A stretch of DNA of 64,000 bases from Convolutriloba macropyga. Taxonomy: Eukaryota. Below the pieces are notes generated by a model that did not search any database, had not been told where the DNA came from, and was given only the letters and a program-made list of their open reading frames with translations. The DNA is taken from contig NC_134470.1 in assembly GCF_964194025.1 (NCBI RefSeq), positions 65,286,001 through 65,350,000 of the forward strand, given 5' to 3'. Below, one piece after another: positions 47,501 to 63,243 of this stretch (the first letter of the stretch is position 1; every line of letters begins with the position of its first letter). A program made the position numbers and the translations under genes.

Positions 47501-50500
47501 TAGCCAAAGATTAATTGGAATGAATAAACACATCGGAATGATGTATAAACATTACCTAACAACGTCGAGAATATTGCTTTCAAAGTCTGCTCTGAAATCA
47601 ATATCTGCTCTTGACAGCTTGTGTTCCACCAGCAGAAACAAGCGACAAATTTTCTCAAATAAATATCGGAGAAATGCAATCAGTAAATGGCTGTAAATCC
47701 TCAAAAAATAAGAGCAGCAAACAAAACAACTCAAATTCGACGAGTTGCTCTCAAGCGACCGCCGAGGGGTTGGGTGGGAGAACTGGACAATGGACGACAG
47801 AGGCGGGTACAAATCGCCATGTGAAGTAGGGTGGAAGAGGGATGAGTGTTTGTGGAGAAAGGTGACTAAGAAAGATTAGGATTAAGATTAGGAACCGCCC
47901 TTCGCACCATGAATTTATATCTCCTCAAAACTGTTTCGGTAAATCGCATATTTAGAATCTAGAAAAACTCTCAGAGAGCTGGTCAGCCACTTAATGCCGT
48001 CCGGGCTTTACCTGTTTATCATGTCTTTGCGGACGAAAAGTCAAAAGCGTCAGACAATATCGGGCGAGCAAAAAAACGCCCTATGACTAATACAGTTGCT
48101 ATAAACTTCATTTGAGAGTAATTAAACAAAAGAAATTGAAATCAGGAATGTGTACAAATTCTTATAGTAGCACCTCAAATAAGTAGCCTTTTTGAGGTAC
48201 CACGATAAACTATGGACAAAACTTTAAAAAGAAGATCTCACAGATGAAAATGTATCAGAAGCACAAGAAATTGTACAAGAAACCTATTTATTGCATCTAA
48301 ATTAATTCTCCTTTATGAGGTCTTCTTGGGTTCCCACTCGAGGAGATGTACTTCAATTTGGAAATTCACGCATAAGATCCACGAAGTACTTATCATCTCT
48401 TAATTCACTGTCACTAGTTAATTCAATTCATTCAATCAAGAAATTGACAGCTGACGGCAAAAAATTGGAAACACTGAAAACGTCAATGCGTTTTAAAAAT
48501 CGCAAGGCAGCTTTTGGGCGTACTACCACGTGATACATACAAAAGCTGGAAAACAGACCCAGAAGGAATCGAATAAAAAGATTGTAAAGCAGTTTATACA
48601 AGTCTATGGAATCACTGAAGAAAGCAGACAATAATTATTCAGTGAATCAATCATCACACATCCAGAGAAAATCCATACAAAGGGAATATTGTCCTTTGAG
48701 GCAGCAGATCTTCCACAAAACGAATCAAATAAATAACCAAACTTACAGCGGAATGGGCTACATTATGATCGTGCACATTCAAATTACAATGGATAACAAA
48801 CATGCCCCGCACATATGGACAACAAATCTGTAATAATCTTTGTCCAAAAACTTGTTACAAAAAAAACTAGCGTTTATCAGAAAAACTTTATATAAATAAT
48901 GACACTACGCGTCCTTAAAGTACACAGTACAACAAACTTAAGGAGCTGAATAACAGACAATGCAAAACGGGCAAAAACGGAGATATTTAACAAATATCAG
49001 AAGTTTTTTTTAAAACCAGTGGCCTCAAAGTAAGAAAAAGCACCAAACGGCATGCTAAAATCCTTAACCAAAGCACAACATACAACTTTAGAAGCAATAA
49101 ATCAACCTCAAATATTAGTCTTGAAGAAAAGCGCAAAACGGTCAAGCGAAAAATTGCATAAAAAAGACACACACGTTTACAATAATTGCTTCTCAATTCG
49201 AGAGCAATTAAAAAGAATAGAGCATTAAAACATTAAATCATCGATGAAAAAATGGGAAAAAAGGTCAAAAATGTCCATTTGCAACACAAGCACAAAAAAT
49301 CACAATCAACAAAGTTTTTCTTCAAACACCGTTCTTCAATCTACTTCAAATTTGGTGCAAAAAAGTGCCGCAAAACCACTCGCTTGTTCGCTGTTTCGGC
49401 GTGACCAAAATCACCACTCCAATTTGACTTCAAAAAGCATGAAAATGAGTGAACAGATCATTAAAAAAAGACAGCTCACCAATACAATTCAAAGTTTTTG
49501 AATCGTAAAATAACGAGAAACAGCCAGTAAAAGAACCAAACAATAACAAGAAACAGCCAATAAAAGCCGCAGCTTTTGCTTTGCTGCTATTTAAAGAACA
49601 CATTTCCAAAAAACAGGCAAATAATTTTGAAGAATACCGAAAGGAAGCTGAAGTGTAAATACGTCACAAAAATCTCAAAGCAACTTTGAGACGCAATGTA
49701 ACGTACTGCACGCTATAACCGTTGTGACTAAACAGCTGTGAAAACGCTATTCTACAAACAACGGTATTTTTTTGATGATGATTATTTGTATAGAGTAATT
49801 AGAGGAAGGAATAATCATTAGAATTGATTTATATATTAAAAGAGCAAAAGTATCATTTAAGCAATGCTGTGAAAACGCTGTTCTGCAAAGAACGGTGCAA
49901 AAACGTATACAAGAGATTAAAACAAAAAACAGACTGGAATGAGTGTATAAACATCACCTACTGTTCAGAAGCAGTTCTAGCTAACAATTTTCTCCTTAGA
50001 AACAACAATGCTGAGTACTGATCACATTTTAATTTCTAAAAAATTATATAGAATTAAGATGATGTTCCAATAGTCTTTCTTAAACTTTTGTTAATAAAAT
50101 ATGTAACTTTCATTCCATCAATAGCTTTTTCAATTATTTATGGATTATGATGACCGAATTCTCCAATTGTCACTAGTTTGCAATTAAAGGTATAAATTTC
50201 TGTAAACTAAAGCTTTGGATTTATTTATACTTGTATATTGGGTTGTTACATTTGTCTTTGTTTGCTGATTTTGTGCACGCACTGAATGTTTTCATGGAGA
50301 AAATTAAATTGTCTAATGTTCGAGCCTCTTCTCGTGTCTTTTGATTCGACGAGACAAACATTAGGCTAAGGAACACATAAACATGGACGAAATGTAAATG
50401 CGTCTTTAGAGTCTCATAGCAACATTGAGATGTACTAAAATGCAGCACACGCTATAACCGTTGTGACTAAACAGCTGTGAAAACGCTATTCTACAAACAA

Positions 50501-53067
50501 CGGTACATTTTGTTAATGATAATTATTTGTATAGAGTAATTAGAGGAGGGAATAATCATTAGAATTCATTTATATATTAAAGGAGCAAAAGTATCAATTA
50601 TGCAATGCTGTAATTTGGCCGGGAGGATAAAACAGGGGGATATAGGTGAAGAACAAAAGATGAGCTAGTGTCAAGGTAAACATGAAGATATTGCTCGCCT
50701 TTCGATTTATCAGGCAGTTTGATTAATTCATGTTTGTCGGTAGTTTGAGAATATGTAACTGCGCCATGAAAATCTCGACTCAAAGCCAAGATGGATTAAC
50801 ACGCAGTCAACACTTTTACCCACGTGATTAAACAAGAGTCATGACTCTGCTTTGCCCACGAAGGGTTATAACTCTGTCATCAGGCTAACATCATATCTCA
50901 ATTATTTAAAGACAAACCTGCCTATAAACAGCTATCGTGAGCTCAACCAACTACTCGCAAAATTGAGTGTGTAACTAAATGTAGCTTCCTAAATAAAGCG
51001 TCATTTTTCAAGACCTAATTTAGACAGCTCAGGAACGATAGCTCTCGGTCGCTATTTCCAACATAGCCAACAGTTTGCCGATTCAGGTTGAGACAGAAAA
51101 ATAAGATAAATTGATAGAAACTTTCAAAATTAAATAAATTAAAGGCCACTAATATATATATTCAGGCACAGAGATTTCAAAATAAAACGTGTAAAACTAA
51201 AAAACACTTATAAGTTCAAAAATGTGATAGATAATGTACTATATATATTGCTTTAACATTGTTGAGAGTTTTTCAAGCGCTAATTGTTCTTTTCGAGAAT
51301 AAACTACCGGCAAATCGAGTGCCAGAAAAAGCCCTCATTGACGCACTTGATGCACATCGGGAATGAAAGAGAAAAAAGATAAAAATTGATAAAAATTATT
51401 TTCCAAGTGTCAAATAGTGTTTTAATTTGGTGCGCAGTTTCAGTCAGATTCTAAAACTATACTTGATTCAGCCTCTATAATGAAAGCAATTAATCTTAAC
51501 ACTAATGTCAGGACGCAATCGCAAAAATGAACTTTGATAACCTAATGCGTTATAACTTAAAGGCCGGGCTTTATCGGTTTATCCCGTTTCTTTTGATTTT
51601 GCTGCTTTGACATTGACAGAATTCACTGCACTGCGTAACTTAATGAGTGAAAAATGAAATCTATGCAGTTAAACAAGTAAGTAAGGTAAGTTAGGGGTCA
51701 AACGTCAAAATGGTAAAACAAAAAACGTGCTCAAAAGTTTTATCGAATATAAAAAGAGCTCGCATAAAAAATTGTTGTTGAGACGCTCACGGCGGCTATT
51801 ATTCATGGAAACTAATAATTATGAACACACTAATTGAATGAAAATTTGCAAACAATTTGAAAAATAAAGTTAGCTAAAAGTTAGCTAAATAAAGCGTTTA
51901 GGGCACAAAAGCTTAGTTGTTCGTAGTGCAGTCACTTGATCAAGCAGGTAGACAGAAAAGGCACATTAAAAAACGTCAATTTGATGGTAACATTTAATCA
52001 GAAATAGTGTTCTGACCTTTTGGAATCAACAATCCCTAAAACGCTTAAGAACTCAAGCTATTTACGATTATTTTCACGGACAAGAAATTTGAAAATCTGT
52101 TGATTTTGAAGAATATTGATCCTGATATCGCATTTTTTGGTCCGTTGTCCAAAAAAGGATTGGAACCAGATTCTCAACAGATTTTCTTAAAAAATCCAAT
52201 AAGTATTAAAGCTAGAAACTGTTTTAAAATCTGAAGTGCTTTCAAGCATTTTTTTGCTGAAAACGGAAACATGAACATTGGTTCAATCAGGATCTGTAGA
52301 ATACAATTTTCTCCTCAATTATGCTTGACTTTACAATAACGTTAAAAACACATTAACAGAAACGTAGCTAAAAAAACTTAAGAGAAAGATCACATCTCCA
52401 GCCCACGTTGCAAAGAGTTGCTATTAGCAACTGGGCACTGATCAACAAAAACATAAAAAAGGGTATTACCTATTTTTGAAATTTTAAAAATTATCTTTTA
52501 TTAATTTTGATAATTCGTTTATAAATGATGAAAAGAAGGAGTAAAAACCATTAAAATAGTTAAAACTCAGGAGCGATTTAGTTACCAAACTATTATTAGC
52601 TAATAACAAAACGCTCAAAAAGTCCAAAAACACCTAAAAAAATTCGATTATGTAGCCTGATCGAACCAATTAAGTATGGAAAAAACCCGCTAAAACAGAA
52701 ACTTGTTTTGAAAAGGCCGCCCCTAACAAACAATTGGTTTCGCTTAGAGTAATTTTTAACACCACGCCTACTTGTCGCTCGCTCTCTCAAAAGTGCGGCA
52801 CGAACAAATAAGCAATCTTTCCTCGCTGCTCTTTAATTTACTCGCCAATTTGACCTGAACATTTTGTTTTCACGAGCGGCATATCTTTCAAATAGACTCA
52901 AACAAATACCGGCCACTAATACTCCTCTTCGAGTCGTGGCGCCCCAATAAAATGTAAACCCTTTGGTAAAAATAAAAGCGCCAAAATAACAGCCGTTTGA
53001 GTAGCCGACGACGGATATTTATATAGAAGATGAAAAACGCAAAATTTGGTCCATGCAAAAAACTAAC

Positions 53068-53285
53068 CGTAAGTCAAATACTGTCCCATCAGCAGGTTCC
53101 CGTTTAATAGGTAGAAAATCATCATCAACGAAAAGATAATGATCAGCATTAAGCTGAAATGTATGTTCCATCAATGCTGTCTTTCCAGCCGAGTGTCCAG
53201 CTAGGTTGAAGTAGCAATGGCAGGTGAGATTGACAGGAGTGGGCGCATCAGTTGTTGCATTGTATTCGACAGTCAGCTCATTGCA
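53068..53285 (-). CDS. GALM: GALM exon 4
   Basis: CNELTVEYNATTDAPTPVNLTCHCYFNLAGH...GTVFDLR; ttttag acceptor and gttagt donor; absent from the ORF track. Confidence 0.92.
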
Positions 53286-54963
53286 CTAAAAAACGAGCAA
53301 CATCTTTCTTCGCTCAAATTCTCTTGAAATTATAAGTCTGAGAACGTGATTAGCTTATGTAAAGACAAATCATGCAGTGCAATGTATTTTAAGAGACAGC
53401 TGCTTCACTTTTTTCAGTATTTCCATGGGCGGTATAGGAGAGTAGATACAGGAGCATGAGTTTCGGAAAAAACTGGAAAATGAGGCTTTGATGCGAGGAC
53501 GCACTAAAATGCGGACACGCGCGTGACGCGTAGGGGATAAGTTAATTTGAATCTTAGTAGGAAACTTGCATCACTAAAGTTGCGGTGTTTAAAATTGTGA
53601 AAGATCTATTTTAAAAAAGCAACACTGAAGTCACTGCTATATCAACAAGTAAACAACTGATATCAATCCGGCAGTAAAATTAATTACAAATTTATTTGAA
53701 TACTCAACAGAAAAATAACGTAAATTCAATTTTGGCCTCAACTTTCAAAAAGAGCTGTTAAATTTATACGTTTCTATACGTCAACACAACAACAATAAGT
53801 CGAATTCAACCTAATTCAAATTTAATGTCACGACATGTTGAGCAAGTAACCTTCCACAAACAAGGTTCAAGTAAAAAAAAAGAAAGTTCTAAGTTGATTG
53901 GGGAATTTTTTGTCTTGTTCGATTTTAATGTCATTAGGTAGTTAATTCCAATAAAGTACCGCTAACCTAATAAAAGAGTCGCATTTTTGTATAAAATTTT
54001 AGGTTGCTGAACAACTTTTTTGTTCTGTTAGACTCGAAGATTCCAGGTGATCAATGCATGTCCATATGACGGTGTAAAAGCAGGTCGTAACTGTTTTTTT
54101 TTATTTTCCAAAAGTTTTGTAATTTTTTGTTTGCATAAAGGTTTTATGGGGAGTACATTTTTACTGCATTTAATATCTTGTACAGATTAAAATTTTCGTC
54201 TAAAACATTTTGACCATAGTGTCACGCTTAGCTGTTTAAGCACAATAAGAATTTGCTCAATTGCATGAATGATAACTGCTGAGTAGTGCAAATGACTTAA
54301 TACCAGGGCATTTTGGACGAGTCTCAATAGTTTATGTGGAATAGATTTTCTAATAGCATGGAATGTTTTTACTCTTTGTGTTTTTTTTCGTAGGATATGT
54401 TTAAATTCCCCTTGAAACTATAAAATGCCATCTATGTGAACCACTAAATTTTCTACTTCAGACTTCTCGTATGTTGGAAATGAACTTAGAATTACCTGTT
54501 AATTGAAATCTTTTTCCTCTTAACAAATATCATGAAATCAGTTTTCGCGATACTAATTGTAAGGTGGTGTTCATTAAAAAATCATCAGTTTGTGGACATC
54601 AAATTCTGGGTTGTGGACATCAAATTCTTACCTCATTTATAAGCATTCACTTTTCCTTGTCATTTTCTGCCGCTTCGTTGTCATTGGAAACAATGAATCG
54701 GTTTTTTAGATTGAAAAACTTTCCGTCTAGATCGAAAAACGCAAAATTAAAAAAAATGAAAGTTCAGAAAAAACGTGCGTGATAAAAGTCAAAACGGTCG
54801 AGCAAAAATTTGGTAAAAAACGACACACGCGTTTACAATAATTGCCCAAAACTTCGTTCGACACCAGTTAAAAAGACCAGCATGAATAAAATAATGGAAA
54901 CAAAATTTATTTGTGAGTAATTTCGCAATTTTATTCAGTATTCAGCTCAGCTGTCAAGCCAAC

Positions 54964-55189
54964 CTGCAATGTAAAAGTTGCGAAGACTGTCAGCTTGCCC
55001 GGGAACCCCATATCTCCATCTTCGCTCACGTGACTCAATGTCACTGAGTTATCTGTTAATCTCTCATCTTCCACATTCCAGTTGTAGTGCACAAAATCCT
55101 TCCTCCCACCATGTATACAATGGGTGTTGTTGAAGTTCTTGTCTACATCAAATGTCTTTCCATCTATCGAGAACTGCCCTCCTCTCAGC
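54964..55189 (-). CDS. GALM: GALM exon 3
   Basis: RLRGGQFSIDG...HCIHGG...SEDGDMGFPGKL. Confidence 0.92.
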
Positions 55190-55457
55190 CTGCTCAACGA
55201 TAGAAAATAGTGAAAATTAAACAAAAACTACTATTTTGAGTTAAAAGCATAGTATTATTTGATTCAGCAGAGCATTTGAGAAGCAAAAAAGCCAGTAGAC
55301 AAATCCCCTAAAAATTTTTTGACAGGAATTACGCAAAGTACCGTTAAGTATATTTATAAATTGCGTCTAACGTTTCATTTATTTGACAAAAGGTGACATA
55401 AACAAACTTGAAAATACAAATGACTTGTGAATAAGAAAGTAACAGTGCTTTTAATAC

Positions 55458-55518
55458 CTGTTGATAACTCGCCCCACAGATGCTCCCATTTTGAAAGGGT
55501 TATCCAAATATCCATCAA
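55458..55518 (-). CDS. GALM: GALM exon 2
   Basis: DGYLDNPFKMGASVGRVINR; cctcag acceptor and gtatta donor; phases match the neighbouring exons. Confidence 0.9.
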
Positions 55519-58500
55519 CTGAGGAAATAACACAGCAGTAATGTCCCCTCATTTTCACAGTATATATAACTTTCTTATTTATACCATACCGCAATGAATT
55601 TCTCTATAAAATGGTGAACTATCAGCTATTCTTACTTGTATTTTCATTTGATAGATTATTGCGTGCTCATTCATGTCATGATAAGAAACAGAAACCGGCT
55701 GATAAAATGATACATCGAAGTGTTTCATCAACTTCCTAGTACAGGTCCTTCTCCCGGACGCGATTTAAGCAGCAACAGCATCAGTAGAACAATTTCATTA
55801 CTGAGCTGAGCTAGCCAGTAAAACTACACAGCACAATGTATTTGAATCCCGAGTTCTAACATCAAAAAATTAAAAACACCATCACCATCACTTTAGGGTT
55901 AAAAATCTGACAAAATAGAGCCCCAAAAACATCCAAATAGTAGAGATTCAGATGCATGATTCTCAAAAATTACCAATATTGTGAAAAAAAATGCAAAAAA
56001 ACTCAAGCAAATGTTCAAAAATTGCTCACTCGATCCTCATGGCTTTTCTCAATTACTCGATTTTCACCAACCTTTTTCTATTAAATATCAGAATAAAATA
56101 GTCGCGATAAACAATTGAACAAATATTGCCGAAAATGGAGTAGTTAACAGCAACGGTTTGAAGTTGTAAAAGAATTTGATGGAGTTGAAAACAGATGCAA
56201 GTTTTGCCATCCAAATTTTCTTCTGTTTTCTGTAGTCCAAACAAATTGTACTCAAAACAATTTCAGCTTTTCAAAATTTTTTCCCCGAACCAATCTCTGA
56301 AGCAAAAATGACAAAACAGAACTAAAAATGTCTTCGTTTTCACGTTTATGAGCGCCCGTAACTGTCACGTTTACGAGCGCTGGGAGCTTTTTAAAATTCA
56401 AATTTTGAATAGCTAGCACAAAAACATTTCAAAAACTAAAAACGTCCAGACAGCAATTGCAAACAACCGAGCCAGTCGTGGGAAAACATCCATGAGTTTG
56501 AAAAAAAAACAAAATTCCTTTGGTAAACGGACAAACTACCCAAAATGAAGACAGAAGACGAACTTTTTCATTACTGTTCAGGAACCTAGGCATAAGAGTG
56601 CGATGAAAACTGCGATCGTGCGTATTCTATTGAAACAATTTGAAGCGTTTCTTGTCGAATTTGAGACGTTTCTTTTTTGGCTCTTTTCTGTTATTGCCCC
56701 CCCCACGTCCATTTGCACTTATACATGTTATAGCATATTGGTTGCATTTCATACACTTACCTATACAATTATATGCAAACGGCATTTAAAATTTAATTCT
56801 GCAGCGAAGTTTTGAAATTAAGACGTATACGGTAATGGAACTTTGCTTATAATGTATGCACACAAAAATTAATGCGTGTTTTTAATGTTTTTGCGCTTTT
56901 CTTTCACAGAATTAGCTTAATGGCACTAATTTTTTTGACAAGTGGAAACAAAAATTTATATATTCGTCAACCGGTACCTGCATTTTATCATGACTAACAT
57001 AAGGGATCTCTAAGGACCAAAAAATACACATTTGGGGGGTTCAAATAGACTGGCTATATAAGGCTGGGGAGCAATAACAGAAAAGAGCCTCTTTTTTTCG
57101 TATAAAATAGGACAAAAAAGTCAAAAATAGCCAGTAACGTTATAGACTGTAAACTTGGAAAAGATTTTGAAAAAAACGTACGACGATTGAGCACAGCATT
57201 ACTTGGCAAATAGCTTTTTTCTAAATTTGGGCCCGATTTTCCGAACATTTAATCACATTTTTGTTGACGTTGCAAATCGGATTAACGCGGAAAGAAGTGA
57301 ATATGAAGTGGTGAAAGTTAGTTACTCTCAATTCGTGGGTTGTAATGAAGTTTATCACGAAAAGTAGTGACTACAAAAAAACAATTAGCTACTTTTATTT
57401 TGGGTAAATTGATTGACGAATATCGGAAAATAGTTATTTTGAGGTGAGCCAAATCAATTACTAAAGACCAAGGATAAATGTTACCGATTGCCAACAATAG
57501 TTAATCCATAAGGTCACTACTACCCTCGCTCTGACAAAATTTGATTTCGCGGATAGTAGTGACAGATTAATCCAATTTTTGGTAGCTGAGCCAAAATCCT
57601 TATCTTCAAAAAAACTGGATCGAAAAACGTAATGAAATCATAAGTAACTCAACCCTTTAATGAAAAGGACAAAGTAAAGAACTCAATTAAAACAAAAAAC
57701 AGTCCATGTTTCTGCAAATTAGGGAAATACTGAACCCCGTCAGCTCTTTGCTATGCATGAATTTTGATTGTCCTAATTAAAAATTTGTACGCCCACTGGG
57801 GCTGTCTGGTGATACCCTTTACAATTTTTTCATCTTTACTATATTGATCGGTTAAGTAGTATTCAGCAAACATAGCTGGCAGATTGCCAAAAAATAGCCG
57901 CAATAGCTTCGTATATCTGCAGTCTAAAAATATAAAAAAAAACAAAAGAAGAAATTTCATTTCATTAACAGTTATTTTTGATTAAGAATCTGCATAACTT
58001 ACCACTGCTTCAAATAGCTGCTCTCAAACAACCGTCAATTAGAGTCACAGACATTCACTTTACTTTATCTCTTAATTAAAGTAAAGAAAAGTCACATCAA
58101 GAATGAAGAAGTCATTTTTGACAGTGAGGTAAGTCCCGTGTGACCAAAAACTTAATCACGCGGATGAACAAAGAGTGAAAAAAAGACGTCACGCACGCAA
58201 TTCTGTTGAAGTTGCATAAACGAATGAACATAAAGCAGTTTTGAAGCGATTGTGACGTCATATGGTCGTAAGAAAAATCTTAACGACGGAATAAAAAACC
58301 AAGAGAAGGCCAATAATAGCCCACGCTATCGCCTTGCAGCTAGTAATGAATAATAATGATGCCACGTCAAATGATATCCACAAAATTTTTTTAGAAATTA
58401 ATTAAGCTCTAAAATGTACAACTGCAAATTTCCTCCGGTAGAGACACCATTCAATGGAAATTGAAACACAATTGCTACAACAAAAAATTGACTATTGTTT

Positions 58501-58747
58501 GCAGAAGTGGATATTTTCGACAGCTCTTCATGGAGATATCTGAGCCGACGTGTCCCAATAAAATTCACGCATGAAACATCCTTTAAAATCTAGTACCAAC
58601 TATTTGAGATTTTTGATCATTTTCCCTAATATTCCGAAGGATGCTTTACGCACCTGCTTCGAAAACTTTAGAACGCTGAAATGGCGAAGTTCTTTGGTGC
58701 ATGTATGTAGAGATGTAAATTAAATGATATTTTGGCTAGGACATCAC

Positions 58748-58919
58748 TGGTTGGGTAGGAGGGGCAAACATCCAGATTATTCTTGGTCAGCATGATGAAG
58801 TTTGTGATTGAGGCTCCAAATGAGATGAGCGACACTTGCAGTTGTTCACTTGTGAGAGTGAATTGATCAACTTGCGTGCCATCGTCCAGGGTGGCGAATA
58901 CCCTCCTTTCTACAGGCAT
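58748..58919 (-). CDS. GALM: GALM exon 1
   Basis: MPVERRVFATLDDGTQVDQFTL...SFGASIT; donor GTGATG; the five exons total 1041 nt (346 aa). Confidence 0.88.
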
Positions 58920-61096
58920 ACTTCACAACTCGTTCACGTCACAGAACAACTTAGATGCTCATCGCGCGCTGACATCAACTCACATGAAACACATTCTACG
59001 AACATAGACACCACAAAGATAGAACAAATTACGGAGAATTTAAGTACATGTCAGAACATCTATCTTAGCTATAGTCGCCCGAGGAACTTACTGTCCCGAA
59101 ACGAGGGCGCTTGCTAACTAGTGATGGGCGCATGAACCGAGGGAGCTTAAAATTTATGTTTTATCGCACTAAGAACTTCAAAGGGTAAACATTTTGTTAA
59201 CAATTAAGAAGGATTGTTTTAACATACAAAAATCCTTTGCATATATTACAAGATCATTCTTAGTCGCTCAAGGAACTTAGTTCCCTGACACAATGGAGCT
59301 TGCGCTCGAGTGCTGGGCACAAGGTGCAATAGGGAGTAGGAATTTTGCTCTAACATATTTAGAGAATCAAAAGGTAAAAAAATAACGTTTTGCTACTGCA
59401 AGAGCGCAACTAAGCAGGGCAAGAAACGTAGATGTTTTAATACTTGACTATTTTTTAGCCTTCTCTAAACAAACTCATGCCATCAATAAAGCTTTTTCCC
59501 TCATAATAATTAGCTTTCATGAGGTTGGTTAAACATGCAAATAAATGATTTTGGATCGGAGGGAAATGGCCTAAAGTCAGGTATATCTACTTGACAACTA
59601 ACGCCAACTGTCCTTCATACAAATTTTGATAGAAATGATGATATCGTTTCCATCTCCAGAGCAACAACAAATGAAAGCAGCTGTAGATCGCAAACTGTAA
59701 CTCAAAATATTAAAGTTTACAGGAAGGCAAGATTTCTTAAGATTAATTCTATATGGATTTGTACAACTTCAATAGAATGAAAATTTTCAGACCTTGTCAG
59801 AAGCGGTTTCAGAAGCTCAAAATCGTTGACGAAACTTAGCAAACCCCACAAATTTTTTCAGTTTGGTAGTTTACAATGAACTATTTCCTTTCCCTTTTCG
59901 AAAGATTCGATCAACAACTGTGGACAATTGATCATCAGCAATTTTTTTACACTGAACTCATTTTCATTACATGCAATTATTTCAGGCACTACGAGACCTT
60001 TATCTTGTCTCATTTGAAAGCCGCTGCGATAAATGCAAAATAAAGCTTCATGAGACAAAAATGCTTAATATATCTTTTCAACTTAATGGCTGGATTGGCG
60101 CGTACTGATTATCAATCTAACCGTAGAAAAGTTAACCTCTCCCAAACGGTCTTCAAGTTTTTTCCCTTCCCATCGCACCAACGGTCTCAGACCTGAAAAT
60201 TAGACCAAAAAACGATTGTACAAGCGCATTGTTTTGAGTGTCTCTTTTTAACACCTTTTCTCAAGTTTAACAATTAACAAACTCTAAACAATAATTATTC
60301 TTCCAGAGTTTCATACTACGGCTGAAATTGCAAAAAAAAACATTGAAAAAATTGTCGGAATCAAAAAGGATACTGTTTGAGGCAGAGATTTCTTTTACAT
60401 TTTTCGAATTTAATTTTTCTAGTTCAGGTAATCAAGCAAGGAAATTGCATCATGTATCATGGATTTTTTTCCAGTCCCATAAAACATTCATTGGAAATTG
60501 ATATAAATGGTATCAATTCAGACCATACACCTGTCAGACCGCATTCTGAATTTTTTTAAAAAAAAAACAAGCCTTTCACTTGAAAACTATCCAAAAATTT
60601 ATACGAACAGCAAAACTCATGTCATGGACGAAAAAACAGAAATTAAATGAATTCTCATACTTTAGAACTATTTAGTCTCTGCAATCAGTTAGCAATCGGA
60701 ACATCACGCAATTCCTGGGGGCATCAAAAACGCTCATTATTAAGCCGGCAAAAATATGTACAAGCTTCTAGCATATCGGGATTGAAACAGCAAAAAAAAG
60801 AAATAGAAATTGACATTGTTCCTAGGTTTCGAAAAGTGTTCTAATTCGATTTCCCGTTTTAGTTAAATTTAAAACTTACTTAATTCAGCTTCTAAACTGA
60901 AAGCTAATGAACTTAATACCAATTTCGGCTAGCAATCGCTCTAACGGACTTTGATAACCTAAGGAACTATTGACTTAGGGCTTCATCGATTTATCCCATC
61001 TTCTGACTTTGCTCTTTTGACATTGACCGTACTCACTACTTTGAGTAATTCAATGCTTGAAAGAGTTTCAAATTCATTCAAAGGAAACAGTGACTC

Positions 61097-63243
61097 AGGT
61101 AAGTCAAGATTCACACGTGAAAATTGTTACTTATGTTAAACGAAAAAGGTAAAGCGAACTAAAAAAAACATAGCAGTAAAAGCACAGAAAAACAATTCAA
61201 GGAAATGAATTAGAAGTGTAGAACTGCTATATGTGACCAGCAGTTCAATCGAACAAAGCCAGACAAAAATAGTCTCAAAAACATCGAAAAAAATAATCAA
61301 AAGTAAAGAAAAATGGAGTCATTGCTAAAACTCGAAGCCCTTACCGTGACGGCCAAATTTGATCTATGTAAATCAACATATTGAACCTCGCACAAGCCTT
61401 GAAAACAGTTTATTGGCCAACAGAGATAAAAAATTTGAGTCAATATGACCAATACTTCAATAAATAAAAATCGTAAAATTTATTGAAGGTTTCTAAATTG
61501 TGCGAAAGAACTTGAGAAAATAGCAAAATTAATTTTAAAAAAGGCTAAAATTCGTGATTTTAACAGGTTTAAAACTCTTCCAATAAGAATGAAAACTATC
61601 CATTGTCCTAAAAAGACTCATTGGCTCAGAAAGCTGAAAAACTGAAAAGAAATGACAAACACTGAAAAACACTTAAACTTCCAAAAATTACCTGTTTTTG
61701 TTATTAATTTTGCATTACCAACTTTTATACCCTAAAAGAAAATTAAGAAGAGCAGTTCTGGCTTGCAAAAAACTGTCAAGAGCTTAAGCAAATGTCAATA
61801 AAAATCTTGTGTAAGAAAAATCACAAAAACGGTCAAAAAAGGAAAAACTATTTTTTAGGTAAAAAAAAGTCAGAAGTGACCTTCAAAGCTTAAAGTTAGA
61901 CATTACCGGCAACTTCAGTATCTTAAGAACCATAAAAACTACTAAAAACAGCTAAGGGCCTCTATTGAAACTGAATGCCCGCTGAGCTGGGAACATCTTA
62001 AAGAAAGCACACCAATTTAATAAAATCTTTGCATTGCAAAAGGAGAGTGCCTAAACAATGGCCGTTGAGAGGTTGGTGGGGGCTATCAGGAAAACAAAAA
62101 ACTAAAAAAATTGGACGTTTCCATCATTTTCGACCAGGTAAGTCACGATTCACACGTGAAAATTGTTACTTATGTAAAACTAAAAACGTGATCAAAAGGT
62201 AAAGCGAACTAAAAAAACATAGCAGGGGAAGTCCTGAAATACAATCCAAGGACATGCATCAAAAGCGTAAAAGCGCAATTTGTTATGAGCAGTTCAAATG
62301 AACAAAGCCAGCCAAAAAGAGTCGAGAAAATTTCGGGGAAAATAACCAAACAAAGTAAAGAAAAATTGAATTATTGCTAAAACTTTCGAAGCCTTTACAC
62401 TGAAGACCAAATTTGATCATTTTAAATAAACATATTTAGCCACGCACAAGCCTTGAAAGGGGTTTATTGGTCACCAGAGATTGAAAAACTGAAGAAATGC
62501 CACAAAAACTTCAAAAAATAAAAATCGTAAAAATTATTGAAAGTTTCTAATTTGTGCGAAAAAATTTGAAAATCGCAAATCTAATTAAAATTGCTAAAAA
62601 TCGTAATTTTAACAATTTTTAAATTATTCTATTACCACTGAAAACTAGCCAGTGCCCTAAAAGGACTCATTGTCTCACAGAGATAGAAAAACTGAAAAGA
62701 AATGACAAACATTTTGAAAAAAACTCAAACTTCCAAAAATTACTAGTTTTTGTTATTAAGTTTGCATTACCAACTTTTATAACCTAAAAGATAGTTATGA
62801 GGAGCACTTCTATTAGGAGGAACGAACTATTAGGAGCTTAAGAAAATGTCAATAAAAGTCCTGTGTAAGAAAAATCTCAAAAAAAAAAAAACGGACAAAA
62901 AACGGGAAAAACAGAACAATTTTTAGGGAAAAAAATCAAAAAGGACCTTCTCAGCTTAAATTTAGACATTACCTGCCACTTGAATATCTTACGCAACATA
63001 AAGACTACTAAAAACAGCTGAGGGCCTCTATTGCAACTTAATACCCGCCCAGCTTTACCTGTTTATGCCGTTTCCAAAGATAAAAGCCAGCAGAAAAATG
63101 CGTGAACATCTTAAAAAAGACAGCACGCCAATACATTCAAAGCTTTGGATTGAAAAAGGAGAGTGCCTAAACAATGGCCGTTGAGAAGCTGGCGGCGGCT
63201 ATTGAAAAAACGAAAAGCTGAAAAATTTGAACGTTTCGACCAA
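61097..63243. repeat. Diverged tandem duplication, ~1.04-1.1 kb unit, 2 copies
   Basis: caggtaagtcaagattcacacgtgaaaattgttacttatg at 61097 and a near-identical copy at ~62136; collinear similarity through aggagagtgcctaaacaatggccg. Confidence 0.85.
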